Below, in pieces: positions 1 through 9,449 of a DNA stretch of 64,000 nucleotides. Each line of letters starts with the position of its first letter. Position 1 is the first letter of the stretch. The notes beneath the pieces were generated by a model that ran no database searches, was not told the origin of the DNA, and was given only the letters and a program-made list of their open reading frames with translations. A program made the position numbers and the translations under genes. The DNA is from an uncultured Cryomorphaceae bacterium (GTDB lineage: Bacteria > Bacteroidota > Bacteroidia > Flavobacteriales > Schleiferiaceae). The stretch lies in contig CAKZNE010000134.1 of the NCBI GenBank assembly GCA_937129395.1, forward strand, positions 18,196-82,195, given 5' to 3'.

Positions 1-1355
1 CCATAAGGAGTAGATTCAATACACTCCACCCTGGTGCCCCATCCAGCAACAGCAAGGTGAGGAGACAAAACTCTTGTCCAGTTTCCATTTGTATAATAGC
101 CAAAACCAAAGGTGTCCTGCTGACTACCGTTTAAGAAATCTCCTCCTGCATACAAGGTGTCACCAACACTTTTAAGTGCGTAAACTGTTGTTTTAAGGCC
201 ATTGCCCAATTGCTTAAATTGACTTCCATCATAAGCGGCAATATGATCATAGCTTACAGTATCTATTGAATTAAAAGTACCTCCCAATATTAGATCCCCT
301 TTATGAACTTCCAAAGAATGAACAACACCTTGTGGACTTCCTTGAAGTGCAGTCCAATCTGTTCCGTCCCATTTGGCAAAATTGTGAAATTGTACTGGGG
401 CGTTAAAATCGGGTCTAAACATCCCAGCTGCATAAAGCTCCCCATTATAAACTTCCACATCAAAAACTATATTGGGTAGAGCACCAACATAAAAACTTCC
501 CATTTCCGACCATTTTGTTCCATCCCAAAATGCAACCCCCGAATTCACGTAAACAGAATCTGCTTGATAAATATTTCCTGCGGCAACAATTCCTCCATTA
601 AACTCCACCATATCTTCCACAGAATATCGCAATCCCGTATTTCCAAACCTTAACCAATCATAACCAGCGATACCATTTACCCAAGTTGCAATTCCTTTTG
701 CAGCCGTTGTTCCAGAAGAATCGAAAACTCCTCCGGCCATAATTTCTTGGGAAGAATTACTGAAAATTACATGAACTGGACCATTGAAACCCATGTCCAT
801 TTTTTCTGCCGTGGATTGCGGCGGATAACCGGGTTGAATCCATGCCAATTCTTCTGCTGTAAATCCACTTTTGGCTACCCAAGAGTTCAGTTCCAAATTA
901 TTCATGTCCAATAAATACTCATAGTTCATCTTGGCACTTATTTTTATTGCTAAAAGATTAAATCCGCTTTCTTTTATTAAATGACCAACCGCGCAATAAT
1001 TACCATTTGAACCAATAAAAACTGGCCTTCTATTTTGATGGGTGATATTGTTCGGGAATTGCCCTTTAATTGCATATTCCTTCAATTTTTCCAGGGATTC
1101 AAACCTGTTTTGTTTTTGTTTTTTATTAAGATGATCCACGCTTCTGGAAGCTAAGGTTTGCTGAACCAGAAGTAGGTGTGTTTGAATTGGGTTATCCTCA
1201 GATTGTAATTCAAAAACCTGAGATGGAAAGTCCTTTTCGAAAGTCCATCGGATATTTACATCCACCAAGGATGAATATAAATTTTGAGCTTTGGCCAATC
1301 CTGTATAAATCAAAAGGAAGGCAACAAAAAAAATTTGCTTTGGAATTGTTTTCAT
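1..1355 (-). CDS. Secreted repeat protein (Kelch/beta-propeller-like repeats); 3' end runs off the window
   Basis: Absent from the ORF track because no stop lies in the window. Hand translation of the reverse strand from ATG 1355-1353 gives MKTIPKQIFFVAFLLIYTGLAKAQ (signal-peptide-like) and stays open to position 1. Later part has ~50-aa repeats: GELYAAGMF..FAKWDGTDW, GDLILGGTF..IAAYDGSQF, GDTLYAGGDF. Confidence 0.6.
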   Translation of the reverse strand, partial: MKTIPKQIFFVAFLLIYTGLAKAQNLYSSLVDVNIRWTFEKDFPSQVFELQSEDNPIQTHLLLVQQTLASRSVDHLNKKQKQNRFESLEKLKEYAIKGQFPNNITHQNRRPVFIGSNGNYCAVGHLIKESGFNLLAIKISAKMNYEYLLDMNNLELNSWVAKSGFTAEELAWIQPGYPPQSTAEKMDMGFNGPVHVIFSNSSQEIMAGGVFDSSGTTAAKGIATWVNGIAGYDWLRFGNTGLRYSVEDMVEFNGGIVAAGNIYQADSVYVNSGVAFWDGTKWSEMGSFYVGALPNIVFDVEVYNGELYAAGMFRPDFNAPVQFHNFAKWDGTDWTALQGSPQGVVHSLEVHKGDLILGGTFNSIDTVSYDHIAAYDGSQFKQLGNGLKTTVYALKSVGDTLYAGGDFLNGSQQDTFGFGYYTNGNWTRVLSPHLAVAGWGTRVECIESTPY

Positions 1356-1473
1356 GCTTTTCTGTTTTCTTAGTGATGAAGGTAAGGTCTTGAAGGTTGC
1401 TTTTCAAATCTAATTCATTTTAGGCGCAACCTTCTTTACCTTTAGAGCATCAAAAGCAAAAGAAAAGCATTAG

Positions 1474-2031
1474 TTGGCATCTGAAGAACTTATAAGAGCT
1501 TGTCAAAAAGGAAGTCAAAAAGCACAAGGCGAATTATATACTCTGCATTATAAGAAAATGTACGGGGTATGTATGTACTATGCTAAGGATGAGACAGAAG
1601 CCATGGATTTTTTACAGGATGGGTTTTTTCATTTATTTCAAAAAATAGAAAAGTATTCCTTTAAGGGTTCTTTTGAAGGATGGATGCGAAGGCTTTTTGT
1701 AAACTTGATTTTACAAAGTTTCAGGAGCAAAAAAATGCTTTATCCGACAGGAATTGAAACCATAGAATCAGAAATGTTTAGTTCTGAAAATATTATTGAT
1801 GAGATAACAACAAAAGATCTTTTGGATATTATTAAAGAATTATCGCCTCAATATAAGCTTGTATTTAATCTGTACGCTATTGAGGGTTATAGTCATAAAG
1901 AGATTAGTGTGAAACTGAATATTAGCGAAGGTACCTCCAAAAGTAATTTGTCTAGAGCAAGGGCTTTATTAAAGGAAAAGGTGATGAAGCAATTTCCGGA
2001 ATCTTATAGAATGAGTAGCAATGGGAGATAA
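1474..2031 (+). CDS. ECF-type RNA polymerase sigma-70 family factor (TTG start)
   Basis: Region 2-like DFLQDGFFHLFQKIEKY and region 4 HTH YAIEGYSHKEISVKLNISEGTSKSNLSRAR. No nearby in-frame ATG, so the TTG start is plausible. Confidence 0.8.
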   Translation: MASEELIRACQKGSQKAQGELYTLHYKKMYGVCMYYAKDETEAMDFLQDGFFHLFQKIEKYSFKGSFEGWMRRLFVNLILQSFRSKKMLYPTGIETIESEMFSSENIIDEITTKDLLDIIKELSPQYKLVFNLYAIEGYSHKEISVKLNISEGTSKSNLSRARALLKEKVMKQFPESYRMSSNGR

Positions 2032-3442
2032 TAAGGAAAACATAGATAAGCTATTTAGCGAAGGCTTCGAGGGTTTTGAGCCTGATACTCCTTTTGATGG
2101 CTGGCAAGCTGTAAAAGCAAAAATCGCCAAAAGCAAGCAAAAAAAGAGAGCGCTACTAATCCGTTGGAGTGCTGTATGCTTGGCAATTCTATTGGCCTTT
2201 TTCGCAGGATACAAATTGCAGTATTTGAATTCAAACCCGAAGCAAATTCCAGCGATGGATGAAAAGCAAATAACAAATAAAGGTCAAGATTTAATAAAGG
2301 ATAATAATGCCAATGAAATAGGTACCGAAAAAATCAATTCAGAAAATGAAAAACCTTTTGAAAGCTCAATTTCGAAATTGGAAAAAATGGGATCAAAGGG
2401 GAATAGCACAGATCAATCATTAAGTACTTATCCAGGTGGGAAAAATAGTCCAAAAGAAAACCCTATTACTGGAAATGCACCTAAAAATGTCAACCCTAAT
2501 GTTGGTGGCACAAGTGACAATCCAAATTTTGCCCAAATCCCTAAAAGGCCACAGCAGGATTTATTGCAAGTCGCTCAACTTGAGGTTTCGTTAGATGAAA
2601 CGAATTCTAATTTAGGTCTTTCTCCTGATGATTATATCTTGGAAATACTAAAAACCCAAGCCCTGCCAAATGAAGACTATACTAGTTTAGGAATTTACCC
2701 TTCCAAAATAAGGAGACTTTTTTATGATTTTGAAGTTGGTATTTATGCAGGGCCAAGTTTTCCCTCAAGAACTGTAAGTTTTAGCAATGCAGATGAAATA
2801 GCCAAGAATAATGTGGCTAATGAACAATTGGCAAATACCAATAGTTATGGAATTCAACTTTCCAAAAGGTGGAGAAGCATAGAATATGGAATTGGATTTT
2901 TCCGAAGTGAATGGAATCAAACAAGCAATAATATTATTCTTCAAGGAGAACCTTCAGGAAATGCTGCAACTAGTTATACAGGTAAGATTAGAGGAACCAC
3001 TTCCATTGGTGATTTTACATTAAACATTGCAACAGGAGCTCCAATTCAACCCACTTTGGAGTCTGGCCAATTTTTATTATTACCGAACATTTTACAGGAG
3101 TATCAATTTTTAGACATCCCCGTTTCCGCCTCTTATTATATGCTTGATAAGCGATTTAAACTAAAACTCCAATTAGGAGTTAACAATCGGTTTCTAACTA
3201 AATCTACAGTTCAGCTTGAGTTTCCAGATGGTACAAAAGAGGATTTCGACGATTTAATACCCGAAAGGTATAGCCTCCAGTTTAATTCTGGTTTGGGTAT
3301 TTCTTACAGGATTGTTGGAAGGTGGAATTTAAACCTAATCCCTACCTACTCTTATGGTCTAAGCCCAATAAGCGTTCAAGAAGGAACTACAACACGACAA
3401 CATCAACTATCAATTTTTTCAGGAATTTCATATCGCTTCTGA
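2021..3442 (+). CDS. Sigma-coupled membrane protein with beta-barrel-like C-terminal domain (possible anti-sigma/outer-membrane protein)
   Basis: Overlaps the sigma gene stop by 11 nt. Short N-terminal segment, then TM helix WSAVCLAILLAFFAGY, low-complexity linker, C-terminal alternating-hydrophobic region ending in YRF. Confidence 0.45.
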   Translation: MGDNKENIDKLFSEGFEGFEPDTPFDGWQAVKAKIAKSKQKKRALLIRWSAVCLAILLAFFAGYKLQYLNSNPKQIPAMDEKQITNKGQDLIKDNNANEIGTEKINSENEKPFESSISKLEKMGSKGNSTDQSLSTYPGGKNSPKENPITGNAPKNVNPNVGGTSDNPNFAQIPKRPQQDLLQVAQLEVSLDETNSNLGLSPDDYILEILKTQALPNEDYTSLGIYPSKIRRLFYDFEVGIYAGPSFPSRTVSFSNADEIAKNNVANEQLANTNSYGIQLSKRWRSIEYGIGFFRSEWNQTSNNIILQGEPSGNAATSYTGKIRGTTSIGDFTLNIATGAPIQPTLESGQFLLLPNILQEYQFLDIPVSASYYMLDKRFKLKLQLGVNNRFLTKSTVQLEFPDGTKEDFDDLIPERYSLQFNSGLGISYRIVGRWNLNLIPTYSYGLSPISVQEGTTTRQHQLSIFSGISYRF

Positions 3443-3475
3443 TGTGAACAAAGAATTATTATATTTGTTGGTTCT

Positions 3476-4567
3476 ATGAGCAGTACCATTGATAAACATA
3501 TTAGTCAATTATTATTTGACCATGAGTGCGTAACCGTTTCTGGTTTTGGATCTTTCATAATTAGAGAGTATCCTGCAGAAATAAATGGTGCAACCCATAT
3601 GTTTAGACCAGCAACGAAGCGTGTTTCTTTTAATCCTAGTATTAAAGAAAATGATGGCTTATTGGCCAAGCAAATTAGTTCTTCAGAAAACATTGCCTAT
3701 CGACAAGCCTCTGAGAGTATTTCCATCTCTGTTCGCTCTTGGCAAAGAATGCTTAAAGGTGGTAAGAAGGTAAATTTACCCGGTATTGGTAGATTGTATA
3801 TGGATGAGTCCAAAAGATTGCAATTTAATCCAGCTATAGAAATAAATTACGATCGTTATTCTTATGGTTTAAATATTTTTAGGGCTCCTTCTTTGCAAAG
3901 GGAAATAAAAATTGAACAAACTATTCATCAAGCCATTGAAATGGAAATTCCGTCCAAATCTAAAGAAGAAAAGAAAAGAAGGACCATGCCTTTGTTTTTT
4001 AAGGCAGCTGCGATAACAGCTTTATTGGGTCTTTCATTAAGTTCTGTTTTATATTTCACGGATGCTAATAAAAGTTTTCAGTCCATTTCTGGACTAAACC
4101 CATTTTCTTTTTTCGGAAACTCGGTCGATAGCAAGGCCAAAGAAAAAAGTAAAACTACATTTAGTGCTCCTACAAAAAATGAAAGCACCACTAGTGAGGA
4201 ATTGGCAACTACTGAACTAAGGGAACCTAATTCTACCAGTGAGGTTGAAAAAAAGGACAAGGGAAAAGTTGAAGATATAGTTGAGCCAAAAACTCCAGAA
4301 AGAGCCAGTTCAAAACCAAGAATTACAAAACCGGAAATTTCCTCCAATTCCTATCATATCATTGTAGGGTCATTTAAAGAGGAGTCCAATGCCAGAAACT
4401 ATTTAAAAGTTTTGCAAAGTCAAGGTTATGATGCTTTTATTGCAGATGGGAAAACCAAATTTTCAAGAGTGGCCATCGGGAATTTTTCGAATTCTTTGGA
4501 AGCCAGACAAATATTAGTAAACATCAAAAAGGATTTGAATCCAAGCGCTTGGGTTTATCATAATTGA
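3476..4567 (+). CDS. HU-like (HU-CCDC81 type) N-terminal domains plus C-terminal SPOR peptidoglycan-binding domain protein
   Basis: N-terminus VTVSGFGSFIIREYPAEI.., GIGRLYMDESKRLQFNP; TM segment; C-terminal YHIIVGSFKEESNARNYLKVLQSQGYDAFI..RVAIGNF is typical of SPOR. Confidence 0.6.
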   Translation: MSSTIDKHISQLLFDHECVTVSGFGSFIIREYPAEINGATHMFRPATKRVSFNPSIKENDGLLAKQISSSENIAYRQASESISISVRSWQRMLKGGKKVNLPGIGRLYMDESKRLQFNPAIEINYDRYSYGLNIFRAPSLQREIKIEQTIHQAIEMEIPSKSKEEKKRRTMPLFFKAAAITALLGLSLSSVLYFTDANKSFQSISGLNPFSFFGNSVDSKAKEKSKTTFSAPTKNESTTSEELATTELREPNSTSEVEKKDKGKVEDIVEPKTPERASSKPRITKPEISSNSYHIIVGSFKEESNARNYLKVLQSQGYDAFIADGKTKFSRVAIGNFSNSLEARQILVNIKKDLNPSAWVYHN

Positions 4568-4569
4568 TC

Positions 4570-4577
4570 TATTTTTG
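4570..4577 (+). promoter_or_regulatory. Bacteroidetes -7 box TATTTTTG (thioesterase gene)
   Basis: Exact TAnnTTTG match 16 nt upstream of ATG 4593. Confidence 0.4.
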
Positions 4578-4592
4578 CAGCAAATTCCTGCA

Positions 4593-5132
4593 ATGAAATC
4601 CAAAAAACCTAGCGAGTCCAGAACAATAGTTACCGAAATTGTACTTCCTAACGACACCAATAATCTTCACAATTTATTTGGAGGCCAATTGTTAAGTTGG
4701 ATGGACAGAGCTTCTGCCATCGCTGCGCATCGTCATTGCAAAAGAATAGTTGTTACCGCCTCCGTAAATAATGTTTCGTTTAATAGACCTATTCCTCAAG
4801 GGAGTATTGTTACTCTGGAAGCTTCAGTTTCTCGTGCTTTTTCTTCGAGTATGGAGGTTTTTGTAGATGTTTTTATTGAGGATCAAAACATTGCGGGTAA
4901 AAAAGCGAAAGCCAATGAGGCTATTTACACTTTTGTTGCAGTGGATCAATTGGGAAACCCCATAAATATTCCTGGTATTGAGCCCGAAACGGAACAAGAA
5001 AAAATTCGTTTTGAAGGTGCTTTGAGAAGAAGGCAATTGTCTTTAATCTTAAGTGGAAAAATGAAACCTTCGGAGGCTACGGAATTGAAGGCTTTGTTTT
5101 TGGACGAAGAGCCTGATTCAAATAAGGACTAA
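4593..5132 (+). CDS. Acyl-CoA thioesterase (hotdog fold, YciA/BFIT-like)
   Basis: PNDTNNLHNLFGGQLLSWMDRASAIAAHRH is the typical hotdog thioesterase motif. ATG at 4593 is preferred over the track TTG at 4575, which lies inside a TATTTTTG -7 box. Confidence 0.75.
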   Translation: MKSKKPSESRTIVTEIVLPNDTNNLHNLFGGQLLSWMDRASAIAAHRHCKRIVVTASVNNVSFNRPIPQGSIVTLEASVSRAFSSSMEVFVDVFIEDQNIAGKKAKANEAIYTFVAVDQLGNPINIPGIEPETEQEKIRFEGALRRRQLSLILSGKMKPSEATELKALFLDEEPDSNKD

Positions 5133-6065
5133 AACAAGGTTGAAAATCAAAACTAAATAGATTAGGTCCTTTTGCCACCATTTTTTTAGGCTAAGTAAGA
5201 AATCATACAATAGTATTGAAAGGGGAAAAATCATAAAAGCCAGGAGGTTTACAGAACTTTTTTGAGAACTCGCCAAAAGAATGCTCAATAATATTAAACC
5301 AATACAAAGTGTGATTACCTGTCTTTTAAAAACTGTTGCTTTTACTATAGATTTCAAAACATTGATCATGGAAACTAGGCCAAGAAACAATAAGCCAAGC
5401 AAGTTTAGTAATACCCCAAAATCATAATCAATAAAACCCCATTCTATTTTCTGGTATTGATGTTTAAGAATGTTTAAGAATTCAAAACCGTCCCAAATAA
5501 AGCTTACAAAAAAGGCAAGTGTATAAGCTGCAAAAAGGCCCACAACTGGGATAAGAATCGTTTTTACATTAAAGGTTCTGAAAACTAAAATAGCCAACCA
5601 ACAAAAGGCTATCAAAACAATTGCCTCTACAAAAAAGAGACTCACAAAACCAGCAATTACCCCAATATCAAAAAGCAAGGGTCTTGGATCTGCTAAGTTT
5701 CCAATTTTAAATAGTTTTTGAAAAGCAAGTAAAATAAAAGGGAGGGCAAGAATAAGTTCAATGCTAAATTGTAATTCAATTAAAAGCAAAAAGGAAATTC
5801 CAAAAAGAATGGATTTTTGGAAGGAACCGGGGAAAACTCCTAATGAATTTACGTTTGTGGCATAGATAATAGGCACAAAGGAGCTTATCAAAACATAAAA
5901 AAGCCTAATTATACTTGTTCCAAATACAATTTTGTGTTCTCCAAAACTAAGGGTAACGTCCTGAATGTCTATCAGATAGATACCAACTGCATTTAACACA
6001 ATCAGACTGATAAAGGCAATTATTCCTGCTTGGACACTAATGTTGTTAAATAACCTTGTAAGCAT
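5118..6065 (-). CDS. Polytopic inner-membrane protein of unknown function
   Basis: 315 aa, almost entirely hydrophobic helices. Tail-to-tail 15-nt overlap with the thioesterase gene. Confidence 0.55.
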   Translation of the reverse strand: MLTRLFNNISVQAGIIAFISLIVLNAVGIYLIDIQDVTLSFGEHKIVFGTSIIRLFYVLISSFVPIIYATNVNSLGVFPGSFQKSILFGISFLLLIELQFSIELILALPFILLAFQKLFKIGNLADPRPLLFDIGVIAGFVSLFFVEAIVLIAFCWLAILVFRTFNVKTILIPVVGLFAAYTLAFFVSFIWDGFEFLNILKHQYQKIEWGFIDYDFGVLLNLLGLLFLGLVSMINVLKSIVKATVFKRQVITLCIGLILLSILLASSQKSSVNLLAFMIFPLSILLYDFLLSLKKWWQKDLIYLVLIFNLVLVLI

Positions 6066-6078
6066 GAGCCTTTTTGTA

Positions 6079-6086
6079 TAGTTTTG
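6079..6086 (+). promoter_or_regulatory. -7 box TAGTTTTG (small membrane protein gene)
   Basis: Exact TAnnTTTG match 19 nt upstream of ATG 6105. Confidence 0.4.
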
Positions 6087-6104
6087 ACGCCAAATTTAGA
6101 TCAG

Positions 6105-6275
6105 ATGCAAGTTAAGGAAATCATGTACGGAATAGGAGAATTTTTCTGGTGGGCTTTTGAGTCACTGGAAGCTTTAGGCAATATTCCGAATCTAATTTTT
6201 CTAGCCATTGGTTCTGTTCTTTTCCTTTATTGGATGGGACAAATGAAAAAACATTCCAAAGCCGGAGAAAAATAA
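6105..6275 (+). CDS. Small membrane protein (56 aa)
   Basis: MQVKEIMYGIGEFFWWAFESLEALGNIPNLIFLAIGSVLFLYW: one or two TM helices. ATG 6105 preferred because the track TTG 6084 sits inside a TAGTTTTG -7 box. Confidence 0.45.
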   Translation: MQVKEIMYGIGEFFWWAFESLEALGNIPNLIFLAIGSVLFLYWMGQMKKHSKAGEK

Positions 6276-7544
6276 TTATAGGTCGAAACCTATATCTTCT
6301 CGGTAGCACATTCCTTCAAAATTTACCTTTTGGATGGATTCGTAGCTATGCAAAAGTGCCATTTCCTTGCTAGGTCCGTAGGATGTAAAAGCCAATACTC
6401 TACCCCCGTTGGTTTTAATTTTATCCCCTTCATTTTTAGTCCCAGCATGGAAAACAATACTTTCCATTTGTTGGTCTAGCCCTGTAATTTCTTTTCCCTT
6501 TTCATAAGCTTCTGGGTAGCCTTTGGAAACCGTCATTACTGTTGTGGCAAAGCGAGGGTCAATTTCAAGATCCATAGAATTCAAATTATTTGAGCCTGCT
6601 GCAAGAAGCAGATCTACAAAATCACTTTTAATCCTTGGCATTACCACTTCCGTTTCCGGGTCGCCCATTCGTACATTGTATTCAATAACATAGGGTTCGT
6701 TATTTACCTTGGTAAGCCCAATAAAAACGAAGCCCGTATAATCCATTCCCCTTTTTTCTATTCCTTTTACGGTAGGTAGAATTACTTTTTCCTCCACCTT
6801 TTTCATCAAAGCTTCGTCTACAAAAGCGACAGGAGATATAGCTCCCATGCCCCCTGTATTTAAACCTTTATCCCCTTCTCCAATTCGCTTATAATCTTTG
6901 GCCACGGGTAATATTTTATATTCTTTACCATTGGTAAGAACGAAAACGGAAAATTCAATTCCATCCAAATATTCTTCAATTACAACCTTAGAACTTGCTG
7001 CGCCAAATTTACCAGATAACATTTCTGCCAATTCCCTTTTGGCTTTGTTCAAATCTTCCAATATCAAAACCCCTTTTCCTGCTGCCAAACCATCTGCTTT
7101 TAAAACATAGGGAGGGTTTAAGGTTTCTAAAAAAGCTTGTCCTGCTGCAACATTATCATTCGTAAAACTTTTATGCGCTGCGGTTGGGATACCAAATTCC
7201 GACATAAAATCTTTCGAAAAATCCTTACTCCCTTCCAATTGAGCAGACTTTGCATCTGGTCCGATTAGGAGGATGTTTTTTAAAGCTTCATCCTTTTTAA
7301 AGAAGTCTTTAATACCATTTACCAAGGGATCTTCTGGACCAACAATTAGCAATTCAATTTTTTCTTGAAGGCAAAAGGCGGCAATACTGTTGAAGTCGTT
7401 TACATTCAGTTCCACATTATTGGCTAAATCTTTTGTCCCCGCATTTCCCGGTCCCACAAAAAGCTTTTCACATTTTGGGCTTTGCTTTACTTTCCAGGCC
7501 AAAGCATGTTCTCTTCCGCCACTTCCTAGGATCAAAATATTCAT
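6276..7544 (-). CDS. purD: Phosphoribosylamine-glycine ligase
   Basis: MNILILGSGGREHALAWK start and ATP-grasp body. Start moved to ATG 7544 because the track start 7568 falls in the promoter box. Confidence 0.9.
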   Translation of the reverse strand: MNILILGSGGREHALAWKVKQSPKCEKLFVGPGNAGTKDLANNVELNVNDFNSIAAFCLQEKIELLIVGPEDPLVNGIKDFFKKDEALKNILLIGPDAKSAQLEGSKDFSKDFMSEFGIPTAAHKSFTNDNVAAGQAFLETLNPPYVLKADGLAAGKGVLILEDLNKAKRELAEMLSGKFGAASSKVVIEEYLDGIEFSVFVLTNGKEYKILPVAKDYKRIGEGDKGLNTGGMGAISPVAFVDEALMKKVEEKVILPTVKGIEKRGMDYTGFVFIGLTKVNNEPYVIEYNVRMGDPETEVVMPRIKSDFVDLLLAAGSNNLNSMDLEIDPRFATTVMTVSKGYPEAYEKGKEITGLDQQMESIVFHAGTKNEGDKIKTNGGRVLAFTSYGPSKEMALLHSYESIQKVNFEGMCYREDIGFDL

Positions 7545-7565
7545 AGTATTACCTTCTAATTTCTG

Positions 7566-7573
7566 CAAAAGTA
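7566..7573 (-). promoter_or_regulatory. -7 box TACTTTTG (purD)
   Basis: Plus strand CAAAAGTA, 22 nt upstream of ATG 7544. Confidence 0.45.
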
Positions 7574-7693
7574 AAACTATCCAAGTCTGGCAGAAAGAAA
7601 CTTGGAATTATTTCCCGTACAATCTAATAATCGTATTAATAGCCTAGTAATCACGGCCTTTTAAATCTCTTTCTTTTGGTTCAATAAAAAAAC

Positions 7694-7701
7694 TACTTTT
7701 G
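7694..7701 (+). promoter_or_regulatory. -7 box TACTTTTG (gdhA)
   Basis: Exact match 32 nt upstream of ATG 7733; a TTG lies at 7676-7678. Confidence 0.5.
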
Positions 7702-7732
7702 CCCTGTTAAATCATCTTATTGACAAATAACT

Positions 7733-9082
7733 ATGTCTGAAAAATACAAAGTACAGATTGATGCATTTATGCAAAAGGTAACAGCCAAAAACCCTAATGA
7801 GGCTGAATTCCTTCAAGCGGTGGAAGAAGTTGCTGAAACCGTAATTCCTTTTATAGAGGAAAACCCCAAATACAAAACCTCCAATATTCTGGAAAGAATT
7901 ACAGAGCCCGAGCGTGTTATTATGTTTCGTGTGCCCTGGCTGGATGATGCGGGTAATGCACAATATAATCGCGGTTACCGTGTGGAGTATAACTCTGCAA
8001 TTGGACCTTATAAAGGAGGTTTACGCTTTCACCCAAGTGTAAATTTATCCATCCTTAAATTTTTAGGATTTGAGCAAATCTTCAAAAACTCCCTTACTAC
8101 CCTTCCTATGGGTGGTGGAAAAGGTGGATCTGACTTCGACCCAAAAGGAAAGTCGGATAATGAAGTGATGAAATTTTGCCAGTCTTTTATGACTGAATTG
8201 CAACGCCATATTGGTGCAAATACGGATGTTCCTGCTGGGGACATTGGTGTTGGTGGCCGTGAGATTGGCTACATGTATGGTCAATACAAAAGACTTCGCA
8301 ATGAATTTACTGGTGTTTTAACTGGTAAAGGTTTAAGCTGGGGTGGTTCTTTAATAAGAACGGAAGCCACAGGATATGGAACTGTATATTTTGCTAAAGA
8401 AATGTTGGCGACAAAGTCTGAAACTTTTGAAGGCAAAACGGTTGTTGTGTCTGGTTCTGGTAATGTTGCTCAGTATGCCATTGAAAAAGTTAATCATTTA
8501 GGAGGAAAAGTGGTAACGGCTTCGGATTCTTCGGGTTATATTTTTGATAAGGATGGAATTACGGCTGAGAAGTTGGATTTCTTAAAAGATCTTAAAAATG
8601 TAAGAAGAGGTAGAATTAGCGAATATGCTGATAAGTTTGGTTGTGAATTCCACGCTGGATCTAGACCATGGGCTACAAAATGTGATATTGCACTTCCTTG
8701 TGCTACACAAAATGAGCTTAATGGTGAAGAAGCTACCATGCTTATTAATAATGGTGTAATGTGTGTTGCCGAAGGTGCAAACATGCCAACTTCACCAGAG
8801 GCTATTGCCAATCTTCAAGCTGCCAAAGTATTGTTTTCTCCAGGGAAAGCTTCTAATGCTGGTGGTGTTGCTGTATCTGGTTTAGAAATGGCTCAAAATG
8901 CTATGCACTCACATTGGGATGCAGAAGATGTGGATAACAAATTACGCTCGATTATGGTTAGTATCCATAAAGCTTGTGTAAAATATGGAACAAGTGATGG
9001 TTACACTGATTATGTAAAAGGTGCAAACGTTGCTGGTTTTGTAAAAGTTGCCGATTCAATGTTAGATCAAGGATTGGTTTAA
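7733..9082 (+). CDS. gdhA: NADP-specific glutamate dehydrogenase
   Basis: KGGLRFHPSV, PMGGGKGGSDFDPKGKS, GSGNVAQYA Rossmann motif. Confidence 0.9.
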   Translation: MSEKYKVQIDAFMQKVTAKNPNEAEFLQAVEEVAETVIPFIEENPKYKTSNILERITEPERVIMFRVPWLDDAGNAQYNRGYRVEYNSAIGPYKGGLRFHPSVNLSILKFLGFEQIFKNSLTTLPMGGGKGGSDFDPKGKSDNEVMKFCQSFMTELQRHIGANTDVPAGDIGVGGREIGYMYGQYKRLRNEFTGVLTGKGLSWGGSLIRTEATGYGTVYFAKEMLATKSETFEGKTVVVSGSGNVAQYAIEKVNHLGGKVVTASDSSGYIFDKDGITAEKLDFLKDLKNVRRGRISEYADKFGCEFHAGSRPWATKCDIALPCATQNELNGEEATMLINNGVMCVAEGANMPTSPEAIANLQAAKVLFSPGKASNAGGVAVSGLEMAQNAMHSHWDAEDVDNKLRSIMVSIHKACVKYGTSDGYTDYVKGANVAGFVKVADSMLDQGLV

Positions 9083-9100
9083 GCCAATACTTTAAATCAT

Positions 9101-9146
9101 AAAAAATCCCTCAACTTTTCAGTTGGGGGTTTTCTATTTTTTGGGG
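9101..9146. terminator. Bidirectional rho-independent terminator between gdhA and gatC
   Basis: A-run, 9-bp stem CCCTCAACT/AGTTGGGGG (one G-U), TTTC loop, T-run. Confidence 0.7.
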
Positions 9147-9155
9147 ATAATTTTT

Positions 9156-9449
9156 TTAATCTCTGTTTACCACTTTAGGAACTCTAAAATAATCACTGTC
9201 TTTATCTGGGGCATTTCGCAAAGCTTCCTCTCTTGTTACTTCGTAAAGAACTTTGTCTTCCCTAGGCCTATTTTCATCTTCGGTCATATAAACCAACGGT
9301 TCTACACCCTCTAAATTAAGGCTGTCAAGTTTTTCTATGAAACCAATGATTTTGTCCATATCCTCAATCATTTCTTCCTTTTCTTTTTCGTTGAATTCCA
9401 ACCTTGCCAAATGGGCCAACTTTTCAACTTCCTTTTTATCTAGTTTCAT
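9156..9449 (-). CDS. gatC: Asp/Glu-tRNA amidotransferase subunit C
   Basis: 97 aa; VEKLAHLARLEFNEKEKEEM..LDSLNLEGVEP is a typical GatC pattern. Confidence 0.85.
   Translation of the reverse strand: MKLDKKEVEKLAHLARLEFNEKEKEEMIEDMDKIIGFIEKLDSLNLEGVEPLVYMTEDENRPREDKVLYEVTREEALRNAPDKDSDYFRVPKVVNRD

Noticed and set aside
1178-1407. Track ORFs 1178..1393(+) and 1210..1407(-)
   Set aside because: Both overlap, in other frames, the long reverse-strand ORF that starts at 1355 and has a signal peptide and repeat architecture. Their products are low-complexity with no motifs.
7712-7963. 83-aa minus-strand ORF spanning the gdhA start
   Set aside because: It is antisense to a highly conserved gdhA N-terminus and overlaps the gdhA promoter box.
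9123-9314. 63-aa plus-strand ORF after gdhA
   Set aside because: It starts inside the bidirectional terminator and runs antisense to gatC.
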